Source: an uncultured Planctomycetia bacterium (GTDB taxonomy: Bacteria > Omnitrophota > Gorgyraeia > Duberdicusellales > 4484-171). From it: a stretch of DNA of 64,000 nt. The notes below the pieces were generated by a model, which saw only the letters and a list, made by a program, of their open reading frames with translations, was not told the origin of the DNA and ran no database searches. Made by a program: the position numbers and the translations under genes. The stretch's first letter is position 1. Each line of letters begins with the position of its first letter. Where the stretch lies: the NCBI GenBank assembly GCA_964483625.1, contig CAZABB010000004.1, forward strand, positions 6,337 through 70,336, read 5' to 3'. Below are positions 10,533 through 19,482 of this stretch, one piece after another.

Positions 10533-11825
10533 TTACAGGAACACACGTTTGTAGATTTTATCTATATTGGCAAGATATTCGTAAGGGTTAAAAATATCTT
10601 CCAGCTCTTGTTTCGAACAATACTTTTTAATACGGGGATCTTTAACGATCTCTTTCTTGAAATCCGAATTATTATTGATGACACGAAGCGAAATGCTCTG
10701 TACGATATCATAGCCTTTAATCCGCGAAACTCCCTTCTGCATCAGGGTAAGGAGCACCTTCTGGGAATAAATCAATCCACGGTTCAATTCGATATTTTTC
10801 ATCATATTGCGTGAATTAACGTTTAAATTCTTCACCAGCTCGACGCATTTGCCCAGCATATAGGTAACCGCGATCGTCGCATCGGGAATGATAACACGTT
10901 CGGCCGAAGAATGAGAAATATCACGTTCATGCCAGAGGTTGATATTTTCATAGGCCACCATCATATTCCCGCGTATCAGCCGGGCCAACCCGCTCATCCG
11001 TTCACAAATGATCGGATTCTGCTTGTGAGGCATGGCACTCGATCCTTTTTGCCCTTTATAAAACGGTTCTTTGGCCTCCCCTACTTCGGTACGATGAAGG
11101 TGGCGAATCTCGGTCGTAAACCGCTCCATAGTCGAAGCCAGAAGCGCCAGCAGCGAAAGATAATAAGCGTACCTTTCCCGCGAGACAACCTGGGTGGATA
11201 TCGGCGCCGCGCCGATGCCCAGTTTTTTACAGATATATTCCTCTATATTCGGCTCAAGATAGGCGAATGTACCGACAGCCCCGGAAATCTTTCCCGAAGC
11301 GATCCGGCCGATCGTTTCTTTCAGAAGCCGGTAACTGCGGTCGAGCTCGTCATAAAACGAAACGAATTTCAGGCCGAAACTGTAGATTTCAGCGTGTACC
11401 CCGTGGGTCCGGGCCACACATAAGGTATCTTTATACTTCAAAGCCTGTTTTTTAACCGCTTTGAGCAATTTCTCGGTAGCGGCAAGGATGATCTCCGTTG
11501 CGTCCTTCACCTGCCAGGCAAGCGTCGTATCGAGAAGATCACTTGAGGTAAGTCCCCAATGTAAATACTGGGCATCTTTACCTAAAGAGGCCGATAGATT
11601 TTTCAAAAACGCGATAATGTCATGGTGGGTAGATTTTTCGATCTCGGCGATTTTTTGCGCCGATATTTTTGCTTTTTTACGTATGCGGGCGGAAGTGCCG
11701 CGGGGAATCTTCTTTTTCTTCTCCAACGCTTCACATAGCAGGATTTCAATCTCGAGGAACCGGCGGAATTTCTCCTGATCGGTCCATATCTTACCTATCG
11801 TGGGTGGAGTATATCGTTCAATCAT
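10533..11825 (-). CDS. purB: Adenylosuccinate lyase
   Basis: MIERYTPPTIGKIW... fumarate-lyase family with the SSAMPHKQNP signature. Start set at the internal Met. Confidence 0.93.
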   Translation of the reverse strand: MIERYTPPTIGKIWTDQEKFRRFLEIEILLCEALEKKKKIPRGTSARIRKKAKISAQKIAEIEKSTHHDIIAFLKNLSASLGKDAQYLHWGLTSSDLLDTTLAWQVKDATEIILAATEKLLKAVKKQALKYKDTLCVARTHGVHAEIYSFGLKFVSFYDELDRSYRLLKETIGRIASGKISGAVGTFAYLEPNIEEYICKKLGIGAAPISTQVVSRERYAYYLSLLALLASTMERFTTEIRHLHRTEVGEAKEPFYKGQKGSSAMPHKQNPIICERMSGLARLIRGNMMVAYENINLWHERDISHSSAERVIIPDATIAVTYMLGKCVELVKNLNVNSRNMMKNIELNRGLIYSQKVLLTLMQKGVSRIKGYDIVQSISLRVINNNSDFKKEIVKDPRIKKYCSKQELEDIFNPYEYLANIDKIYKRVFL

Positions 11826-11897
11826 AGGAACACATATCTTATCAGATGGGCCCGAGAGCGTCAATCGATTTTGGCAAGGACGAAGCCAAAGAAAGAG

Positions 11898-12662
11898 CTA
11901 ATAATTATGGGATATTTTTGAGATCGCGCGTCGTATATGTTCGATACGATCCCGGGTGCGGGGATGGCTGCTCAAAAAAACAAACGGATGATCTCCTCCG
12001 GCTTCCTGTTCGAGTTTTTGCATTAATGATATTCCGGCCTCAGGAGTAAATCCGCCGCGGTCGGTATAGCGTACCGCAAGCGTATCGGCCAGATATTCAT
12101 CCTGCCGGGAATACCCTTTGGCTACGACATTATACACAATTCCCAACGCCCGCTGCATCGACTGAGCGTTATTACTCCCCAAGGCAAGATTCAGGATGAG
12201 ATTGACTCCCAGCGCCGCCTGCAGACGTTTCAGCGAATGACGGGCGCTGATATGACCGATCTCATGCGCCAGCACAAAGGCAAGTTCCTGCCGGTCGGTC
12301 TTATCGATCAGACCTTTGTGTACAAAAATATGGCCGCCGGGCAGGGCAAAGGCATTCATCTCCTTATTCTCGATAACGTAAAAATGATAGGAAATATCCG
12401 GACGGTCCGAAACCGAGGCGAGATTCTCCCCGATCCTCCGCACATCCCCGGCAACGGCCTCATCGACAACCAGTTTATTTTCTTTGATAATCTTTGCCGC
12501 CAGATTATTTCCCATGGCGATCTCGGTTTCCTGATCGATAAAGTAGACCTCATTACGCTGTGTCGCCGGATTATACAGCGTCACGCACGCACTTGTCAGA
12601 ACAAGCCCCAGCGCACAAACAATACGAAAAACCACGCGTATGAGTTTATTTTTAGAATCCAT
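11898..12662 (-). CDS. M48-family Zn metallopeptidase lipoprotein (BepA/LoiP-like)
   Basis: HEIGH motif (LAHEIGHISARH); lipobox LTSAC. Confidence 0.8.
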   Translation of the reverse strand: MDSKNKLIRVVFRIVCALGLVLTSACVTLYNPATQRNEVYFIDQETEIAMGNNLAAKIIKENKLVVDEAVAGDVRRIGENLASVSDRPDISYHFYVIENKEMNAFALPGGHIFVHKGLIDKTDRQELAFVLAHEIGHISARHSLKRLQAALGVNLILNLALGSNNAQSMQRALGIVYNVVAKGYSRQDEYLADTLAVRYTDRGGFTPEAGISLMQKLEQEAGGDHPFVFLSSHPRTRDRIEHIRRAISKISHNY

Positions 12663-12803
12663 ATCTTTATTCCCCGATGCACCGAAGGACGATCGTTCCC
12701 TATCGGTCACTCGGACGAAGGACGAAGCAATCGTCCAAACGAGCAACGCGAGTGGTCGCCCCAGCGAGCTGGACGAGCGGACGTCCCTCGTCTTATCGTC
12801 ATA

Positions 12804-13559
12804 CTAATGAAGCACCAGTATTTCTTCCGGCGTATTGACGATCATCTCCGGCCCGTTATACTCACGGATCCTGGCGGTCACCTCCACCGTCCTGCCCGGG
12901 TAGAAATCCACCGGATCGATATCCTGATCATAAAAATACCGCAGAGAATTGCGAAAAATAACAACCGTAAAATCCGTACGCCAGTCGGAGCCAAAATTCA
13001 GATAGACCACTTTCTCCGACTGATGGGTCTTGATAACCTTCCCTCGTACCGTACGAATGTGTCCGATCCAACGTGCCGCCTCTCCGACGCCGATAACTTC
13101 ATACGCTCCCCAGAGGCCCCGGGCATTCCGCCGGGCTTCCCGTTGCGCGGCGAGGAAGGTGTCGACATATTTAATATTCGGCGGATACGTATACAACACC
13201 GCATACCCTTGCTTCAACAATTGTTCATTCACGAAGGTATCGTCACAGAAAACGTACCCCAGAAGCCGGCCGTAGATATCTCTCGTCTCCAAATCAAACT
13301 CAACCCGTACGTATTTACCTTCAACCAGCCGGCGATTGAACTCTTTCGCCGGAAGAGCGAACCCGGCCGGTGACTCAATCCATTCATCACCGGAACGCAT
13401 CCGGATTTCGGGGGTATCCAGCCCGATATACCGGACGGTACGGCCGTTCTCAAGAAGCACGGTATCCCCGTCAATAGCTTCTGTTACCTTAATATGCGAA
13501 TAATCGGCTTCACTGCATCCGGCAAGAATACAACAGGCGAGAATCAGTTTCTTGACCAC
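12804..13559 (-). CDS. Thermonuclease (staphylococcal-nuclease-like) lipoprotein
   Basis: SNase motif TVRYIGLDTPE; lipobox LAGCSE. Confidence 0.8.
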   Translation of the reverse strand: MVKKLILACCILAGCSEADYSHIKVTEAIDGDTVLLENGRTVRYIGLDTPEIRMRSGDEWIESPAGFALPAKEFNRRLVEGKYVRVEFDLETRDIYGRLLGYVFCDDTFVNEQLLKQGYAVLYTYPPNIKYVDTFLAAQREARRNARGLWGAYEVIGVGEAARWIGHIRTVRGKVIKTHQSEKVVYLNFGSDWRTDFTVVIFRNSLRYFYDQDIDPVDFYPGRTVEVTARIREYNGPEMIVNTPEEILVLH

Positions 13560-13579
13560 GTATGACCCGCTATTTGTTC

Positions 13580-13963
13580 TTATTCCAATTCCATTTCCAA
13601 TTCACGAATAATCCGGAAGAAGACTTTCTGCGCGTAGGAAGGCTGCGGAATAAGATATTTGCGGGCGGCAACTTTTAGACGTTGTTCCTCGACGCCCAGG
13701 CTGTCGATCTTGAGTGTCACATCGATGTCGGAATCTTTTATTTTGATCGTACCCTTTGATTCATCGGCTTCCAGAATATTGTACTCGGGAGACGTCACCG
13801 TATCCAGCGATACATCCCAGAGGGTACGGTAATCGGTACTAATGGTCCCCATCGCGTAATCGTTACTTAACATATACCCGGTAACCAGTCCCGCGCCTAA
13901 TATAAGCGGAACGCATCCGGTTACCAGCACAGCCATGATCACCAACACGCTCGAAATTTTCAT
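13580..13963 (-). CDS. Small lipoprotein of unknown function
   Basis: Signal peptide plus lipobox VTGCVP; no recognisable catalytic motif. Confidence 0.55.
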   Translation of the reverse strand: MKISSVLVIMAVLVTGCVPLILGAGLVTGYMLSNDYAMGTISTDYRTLWDVSLDTVTSPEYNILEADESKGTIKIKDSDIDVTLKIDSLGVEEQRLKVAARKYLIPQPSYAQKVFFRIIRELEMELE

Positions 13964-14047
13964 CCTGCCTCCCCTGCTTTGTATATTTTTCCCTTCATAT
14001 CGACTGCCTTTTTTATTATATCAACCGTTTTTTTTACTGGCAAGCTG

Positions 14048-14683
14048 TTATCCGCCTTTTTCCGAAGAACCGGCCGGCAAAACGATATCTTTATCGCGCA
14101 AATCGTTTTTCAACCGTTTTAGGCTCTCAAACCGGATCGCGCAGAACCCCAGAGCGCCGGCGGCGGCAATAAGGTCCTGACGGTCGTCGATATACACGAT
14201 ATCCTCACGGGGAACGTCACAAAGATTCTGAAGCGTCTGGTATATTTTCTCCTCCGGCTTTACCGATCTTTCCCGGAAAGAAAGGACAAGCCCCCGGAAA
14301 TAATCAAAGACATACCGGTACTTCTCAAACAGATAGTGGAAATGCAGATCGCTGATATTAGAGATCATATACGCCGGGTACATCCGGCTGACTTCATAGG
14401 CAAAGCGAATCATATCCTCTTTCGGAGAAAACATCCCGCACCAGGCCTGTTCAAACGCCTGATACGTCACGCTCAGCGCAAAGCGATCGGAGAATTTCCG
14501 ATAGAATTCCCGATTGGTAATCAGGCCCTTCTCGTACTCAACGCCGAAATGTTCATAATAGATCGCCTCAAGGACCTTCTCCTGGGACAGTTTGTCTTTA
14601 CTACCCAGTTTTTCGAGCGCGATTCTGATATCAAAATCGAAAAGGACCCGACCTAAATCAAAAGCAAATACCTTTCTATTCAT
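14048..14683 (-). CDS. HAD-superfamily hydrolase
   Basis: N-terminal FAFDLGRVLFDFD (HAD motif I variant); C-terminal DD motif. Confidence 0.7.
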   Translation of the reverse strand: MNRKVFAFDLGRVLFDFDIRIALEKLGSKDKLSQEKVLEAIYYEHFGVEYEKGLITNREFYRKFSDRFALSVTYQAFEQAWCGMFSPKEDMIRFAYEVSRMYPAYMISNISDLHFHYLFEKYRYVFDYFRGLVLSFRERSVKPEEKIYQTLQNLCDVPREDIVYIDDRQDLIAAAGALGFCAIRFESLKRLKNDLRDKDIVLPAGSSEKGG

Positions 14684-14876
14684 TCTTCTTCTCCGTTATC
14701 CCGTTGGCCCGTGCTCGCGTTGCCCATTTGGGGCTTCCCGTTCTTTTCTAACGGGCTCAACGGGTAGACGGGTAAACGGGCTAATTTATATTGACTATTT
14801 TACGTGTGTCTATATGCTGTCGACCATAGACTAAAGACTGTTTTCCGTCTAATCGCTATCCGCTCACCGCTGTCCG

Positions 14877-15803
14877 CTATTTATGAAAATTACGAGCGGT
14901 TTCAATCAGGCTTTCTCGCGCGGTAAAAGGAGCATTGAACCCCAAAGAGCGTATTCTGTCAAGACAATAGCAGCGTGGCTTGAGCAAAAGAGACCGTTTA
15001 CGTTTAACGAGCGGAATCACATCCAGGGCCCGGGTGATACTGCGCGGCACTCGCCAGGGAACTCCTACCCCCAAGCCTTCACAGAGAAAACCAACTACTT
15101 CTTTATACGAAAACACATCCTCATCAGCGATGAAATACGTATCACGTAACAATTCCTCACCCTCTAGAGCATAGAGCATACCGGCGACAACGTTTTCGAC
15201 ATAAGCGACATGAAAGGCCTGATTCCCTCCATTTAAAAACGGCAGAACACGCCATCGTAGCAATTTTAATAACAGACCTAATAAATGAGGTTCGTCCTCA
15301 CCGTATACCATCGGCGGACGAAGAATGACCGCGAACAACCCTTTCTCTCGATACCCCCGTACGATCTTCTCGGCTTCTATTTTTGAAAAACCGTAGGGAT
15401 TGGTCGCTTTATACGGCATATCTTCGGTCAGAGGAACCCGATCATGACCGCTTACCACCGCCACCGAACTGGTATAGATCAGCCGGGATACGCCGCGACG
15501 CAAAGCAAATTCACAGACGTTTTCTGTCCCACGCACATTTGTATCATAAAGAACCTCCTCCGGTTTGTTATCCACGTACGCGGCGCAGTGATAGACGATA
15601 TCCAGATGAGGAAGGCGAAGATTATGCAGTGATTCCGGAGAGGTTATATCGGCGGGAAGATACCGGACCCCTGAAGGATCCTTTACGGCAGCTTTTTTGG
15701 CTTTCCGGGTAAGTCCAAAAACCGTATGTTCACCGTTGACGATGAGATGCCGTATCAGGTGGCGGCCGATAAATCCGGTCGCTCCGGTAACAAGAATATT
15801 CAT
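14877..15803 (-). CDS. NAD-dependent epimerase/dehydratase (extended SDR)
   Basis: MNILVTGATGFIGRHL Rossmann motif; catalytic YxxxK. Confidence 0.85.
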   Translation of the reverse strand: MNILVTGATGFIGRHLIRHLIVNGEHTVFGLTRKAKKAAVKDPSGVRYLPADITSPESLHNLRLPHLDIVYHCAAYVDNKPEEVLYDTNVRGTENVCEFALRRGVSRLIYTSSVAVVSGHDRVPLTEDMPYKATNPYGFSKIEAEKIVRGYREKGLFAVILRPPMVYGEDEPHLLGLLLKLLRWRVLPFLNGGNQAFHVAYVENVVAGMLYALEGEELLRDTYFIADEDVFSYKEVVGFLCEGLGVGVPWRVPRSITRALDVIPLVKRKRSLLLKPRCYCLDRIRSLGFNAPFTARESLIETARNFHK

Positions 15804-16768
15804 GACAGAGACCTGATCTTCTCCTGACGCTCGGCGAGTATCTGCTCAATCTGTTCGGTATCCCCGGCGGATATCTCCCAGCCGAGGCTTCGCGAGTTCT
15901 CTTGAAGCTGAGCGCGGGTACGCGCTCCCACCAGGACCGACGTAATCTGAGGCTGATGAGCCGTCCAGTTAATCACCAACTGGGTAAGAGATACGCAATA
16001 GTTCTGAGCCATTGCTTTAAGCCGCGTCAGAACCTCCTTATTGATCGAGAATAACGGCATGTGAAGATCCTTATGCCGCCGCCGGCAGAGATCATCGGGA
16101 ACCGGGACGTCATCAAAGAAAAATTTCCCGGTGAGAATACCCGAATGGAGCGGGATATACCCTAAAATAGCGATATTGTGCCGGGCACAAAAGGGAACAA
16201 TTTCCTCCTCAATTTCCCGCCGGAACATATTATAGGGTGGCTGCAGTGTATGTAACGGCGCGTATTTTAAAAATTCTTCCATCTGAGAAACCGAATAATT
16301 ACTCACACCAATAGCCTTGACAATCTCTTTCTGATAGAACTCATGCATCAGGGCAGCTGATTTCCCGATAGGAACATCCGGATCGGGCCAGTGTATCTGA
16401 TAGATATCGAAATAATCGGTAGAAAGACGGCGGCGTGATTCATCGAGCTCAGCACGCATGCGTTTCTCGCTTAAATCATGAATGATCCGCGGCCCGTCCC
16501 AGGTCAATCCCAGCTTTGTCGCCAGAAGCGCCTTCTCTCTCAATTTCCGTTTACGCAAAAAGTTCCCGATCACCGTCTCCGATCTTCCCCTCCCGTATAC
16601 CGGAGCGGTATCAATAAGCGTAACGCCGCCGGTCAACGCGGCATCGATCACCTCAACCGAATCATGATCGTTTTGCGCCCCCCACCAGACATCGCCGCCG
16701 AAGGCCCAGGATCCCAGGGCGATCTTTGACACGGGAAGAGGCAGTTGTTCGATACGGGAATATTCCAT
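15800..16768 (-). CDS. Aldo/keto reductase
   Basis: AKR family; LGSWAFGG...IDTAPVYG motif. Confidence 0.88.
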   Translation of the reverse strand: MEYSRIEQLPLPVSKIALGSWAFGGDVWWGAQNDHDSVEVIDAALTGGVTLIDTAPVYGRGRSETVIGNFLRKRKLREKALLATKLGLTWDGPRIIHDLSEKRMRAELDESRRRLSTDYFDIYQIHWPDPDVPIGKSAALMHEFYQKEIVKAIGVSNYSVSQMEEFLKYAPLHTLQPPYNMFRREIEEEIVPFCARHNIAILGYIPLHSGILTGKFFFDDVPVPDDLCRRRHKDLHMPLFSINKEVLTRLKAMAQNYCVSLTQLVINWTAHQPQITSVLVGARTRAQLQENSRSLGWEISAGDTEQIEQILAERQEKIRSLS

Positions 16769-17219
16769 ATGATCAAAGATTGGTCACGGATATCGGTTAC
16801 GGTTTCCAACAACAAATAGCACAAATTACTCGAATGGGTATCTCAAAATATCTTAACCACAGAGCTCACGGAGTTCACCGAGAGGATACAGAGGATATTT
16901 GGTTTCGTGCTTCTGACCCATTTAAAGCGCAGTGTTTTGCAAAGACACCCCATCGATGCTCGATGGGCGGAAACCAAATATCTCTAGTTTAAAAACTCTC
17001 ATCTTTCCTCAGTGTTCTCGGTATCCTCGGTGGTTGATGTATTCGGATACCTTTATTCGTGAATTTCGTGTTATTCGTTGTAAAAAGCATTTTCTTGTAC
17101 GGTTATTTTTACCGGAACGTCTGCCGTTAACCGATTGACGAAACGGGCATCCCCGATGGAACAATCGGGACACGCGTTACCGTTTACCGAATGACGAATA
17201 ATACTGTTTGGGCGTTATC

Positions 17220-18722
17220 CTAAAAATAAAGATCTCGTTCGCCGCTCTTTACCCTCCCGTAATACTCTATCAACTGAGGATAGACCTCGGGTATGACTCT
17301 TTTCGTTTCAGCCAGCTCCTGTTCAATAATCTTCTCTCCCGCGGATTTGGTCTCAGCGGAAGCGAAATCATCGAGCCATTCCCGGAAAGTAAGGATCGCG
17401 TTTAATTTACAAAATTGCCCCTCCTTACCGGTCTTTAAGAGTTCCATGATGCATTCGCCGGTCCGGCCGCAGCGATATCCCGCGGTGCAGAACGACGTGA
17501 TATACCCGTCCCGGGCGAGTTCTGCGATCACCTCATCCAGACTGCGCGTATCACCGAGTAAAAACTGCTGACGGGAACCCTCCTGCTGGCGGGAGGCGTC
17601 ACTGTAGGCTCCGATACCGATACGGGTTGAAGCATCGATCTGCGTAACCCCCAAAGGAAGTGTCTGACGGCGCATCGCGGCGGTCTCCCGCGCCGTTAAA
17701 ATCATTCCGGTATAGGGAATAGCCAGGCGTAATACCGTAATAAGTTTTTTAAAATCTTCATCACTCACTTTATATTTACTCTCAAGAGTAAACGGCGTAT
17801 GCGATGCCTCCTCCAGCCTGGGAAACGATACCGTATGCGGCCCCACCCCGCAATGAGCTTCCAGAGCCCGCGCGTGACTCACCAGGCCCATCACCTCGAA
17901 TTTCCAGTCGTATAAACCGAACAGAGCACCGATACCCACGTCATCGATTCCCGCCTCAAGGGCCCGGTGCATACAGAAAAGACGCCAGTGGTAATCTCCT
18001 TTGATCGTGCCGCGGGGATGAAGCCCGCGGTACGTATCATGATGGTATGTTTCCTGGAATACCTGATACGTCCCGATGCCGACCTCTTTCAACCGCCGTA
18101 ACGATTCAACTTCCAACGGCGGCGCGTTTACATTTACCCGGCGGATCTGTCCTGTTCCGTTTTTCGTTTTTACCACAACCTCATAAATCGCCCGGATACT
18201 ATCGACCATGTAATCGATATCGGTTGCCGGATGCTCCCCGTAGACAACGATAAGCCGTTTATGTCCGATGGTGCCTGCGAGTACCTCGATTTCCCGTTTG
18301 ATCTCATCGGGAGAAAGCATTCTGCGGCGGGCATTGAGATTATCGCTGCGGAAACCGCAATACAGACAATTGTTCACGCATAGATTAGACAGATACAGCG
18401 GCGCGAAGGTAACGATACGGTTATCATAGACTTTTTTCTTCACCCTCACCGCCGCCTCTCTCATCTGGCTGAGCAGATCGGGATCGGTTACGTTCAGAAG
18501 CGCCGCGGTTTCTTCTCCGGTCAGGGGCTGGACGGCCAATGACTTTTTTAAAATATCTCTCACGTACGCCGCCTCGGGCGATTGTTGGGCCCTCAACGCG
18601 GTAAATATTTTCTCCTCATCGATAAAATCTTTTTCCCGGTGAAGATATTTCTCTACCTGATCGCCGCGCACGCGGTTTTTTATCCAGTCGTCCATATGTT
18701 TTCTCTCATGCGCCGTTGCCAT
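17220..18722 (-). CDS. hydG: Radical-SAM tyrosine lyase HydG-like [FeFe]-hydrogenase maturase
   Basis: 500 aa. FAPLYLSNLCVNNCLYCGF (CX3CX2C) ThiH/HydG core. About 120-aa C-terminal extension with a Cys cluster (CTAGYRCGRTGEC…13…C) ending FCKLNAILT, as in HydG. Confidence 0.8.
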   Translation of the reverse strand: MATAHERKHMDDWIKNRVRGDQVEKYLHREKDFIDEEKIFTALRAQQSPEAAYVRDILKKSLAVQPLTGEETAALLNVTDPDLLSQMREAAVRVKKKVYDNRIVTFAPLYLSNLCVNNCLYCGFRSDNLNARRRMLSPDEIKREIEVLAGTIGHKRLIVVYGEHPATDIDYMVDSIRAIYEVVVKTKNGTGQIRRVNVNAPPLEVESLRRLKEVGIGTYQVFQETYHHDTYRGLHPRGTIKGDYHWRLFCMHRALEAGIDDVGIGALFGLYDWKFEVMGLVSHARALEAHCGVGPHTVSFPRLEEASHTPFTLESKYKVSDEDFKKLITVLRLAIPYTGMILTARETAAMRRQTLPLGVTQIDASTRIGIGAYSDASRQQEGSRQQFLLGDTRSLDEVIAELARDGYITSFCTAGYRCGRTGECIMELLKTGKEGQFCKLNAILTFREWLDDFASAETKSAGEKIIEQELAETKRVIPEVYPQLIEYYGRVKSGERDLYF

Positions 18723-19380
18723 GTTTCACCTTTTTCCGGGAAGTATTATTTTTTGTCCGGGACTTCCCCGTCGCGTTAACAAAATAAATAAGGTTTTCCA
18801 GTTCCGAACGAAGATCGACATTATTAATAATCGTGTCGGCGTCGGACCGCAGACGGATCGGCGCGAAATTCAGCACACCTTTTATCCCGGCCTCAACCAG
18901 AAGATCCATTACCCGCTGCGCGGCGTTATCGGGTACGGCGATAATTCCTATCTCTACCCCGTTCTTTTTCACGTAAGGTTTCAGCTTTTCGAGACCGTAG
19001 ATCGGCACATCGACCTCATCGGGACGCCGGGAACTGTTTACATCGAAAGCCGCGACGACTTTTATCCCGTCCTGTTCGAACCCTTTATAATTGATCAATG
19101 CCTTCCCGATTTTCCCCGCTCCCACAATAATTACCCGCTGGATCCGGTCTTTGCCCAGGATATCATTCAGCCTTTCCAGCAGGGACTCTATTTGATATCC
19201 TCCTTTTTTATTACCGGAAATCCCGAATATGGAAAAATCCTTACGTACCTGAGCCGACGACACTCCCGTAGCGTCAGCCAGGTTATCGGAAAAGACCTTG
19301 ATAAACCCCAATGTTTTAAACCGCTTAAGCGCGTGGCGGTAATTGGAAAGCCGTATAATATAATTTTTATTTACCATCAT
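18706..19380 (-). CDS. rex: Redox-sensing transcriptional repressor Rex
   Basis: N-terminal wHTH (RLSNYRHALKRF) plus Rossmann GAGKIG. A perfect Rex box lies upstream. Confidence 0.92.
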   Translation of the reverse strand: MMVNKNYIIRLSNYRHALKRFKTLGFIKVFSDNLADATGVSSAQVRKDFSIFGISGNKKGGYQIESLLERLNDILGKDRIQRVIIVGAGKIGKALINYKGFEQDGIKVVAAFDVNSSRRPDEVDVPIYGLEKLKPYVKKNGVEIGIIAVPDNAAQRVMDLLVEAGIKGVLNFAPIRLRSDADTIINNVDLRSELENLIYFVNATGKSRTKNNTSRKKVKHGNGA

Positions 19381-19439
19381 CCTCTCTTTTTTTTCTAAAG
19401 AAAAACAAGTGTACCATATTTGACCGGTATGTCAAGATT

Positions 19440-19457
19440 TTGTGACTTTTTTCACAA
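19440..19457. promoter_or_regulatory. Rex operator (TTGTGACTTTTTTCACAA)
   Basis: Perfect match to the Rex consensus TTGTGAAnnnnTTCACAA. It sits immediately upstream of the -35 of rex. Confidence 0.85.
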
Positions 19458-19482
19458 AATGCTGTGATACATGCCGGATCAA

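Noticed and set aside
12237-13373. 378-aa plus-strand ORF.
   Set aside because: It runs antisense across two well-supported minus-strand genes (M48 peptidase and thermonuclease). Its composition is low-complexity and Arg/Pro/His-rich with no motifs. It is an artefact of the GC-rich antisense frame.
17220-18722. The 500-aa radical-SAM protein as thiazole synthase ThiH.
   Set aside because: ThiH is about 370 aa and lacks the Cys-containing C-terminal extension ending FCxxNAxLT. No thiamine genes are nearby and the gene is co-operonic with rex and the hydrogenase locus, so HydG-like is preferred, though not proven.
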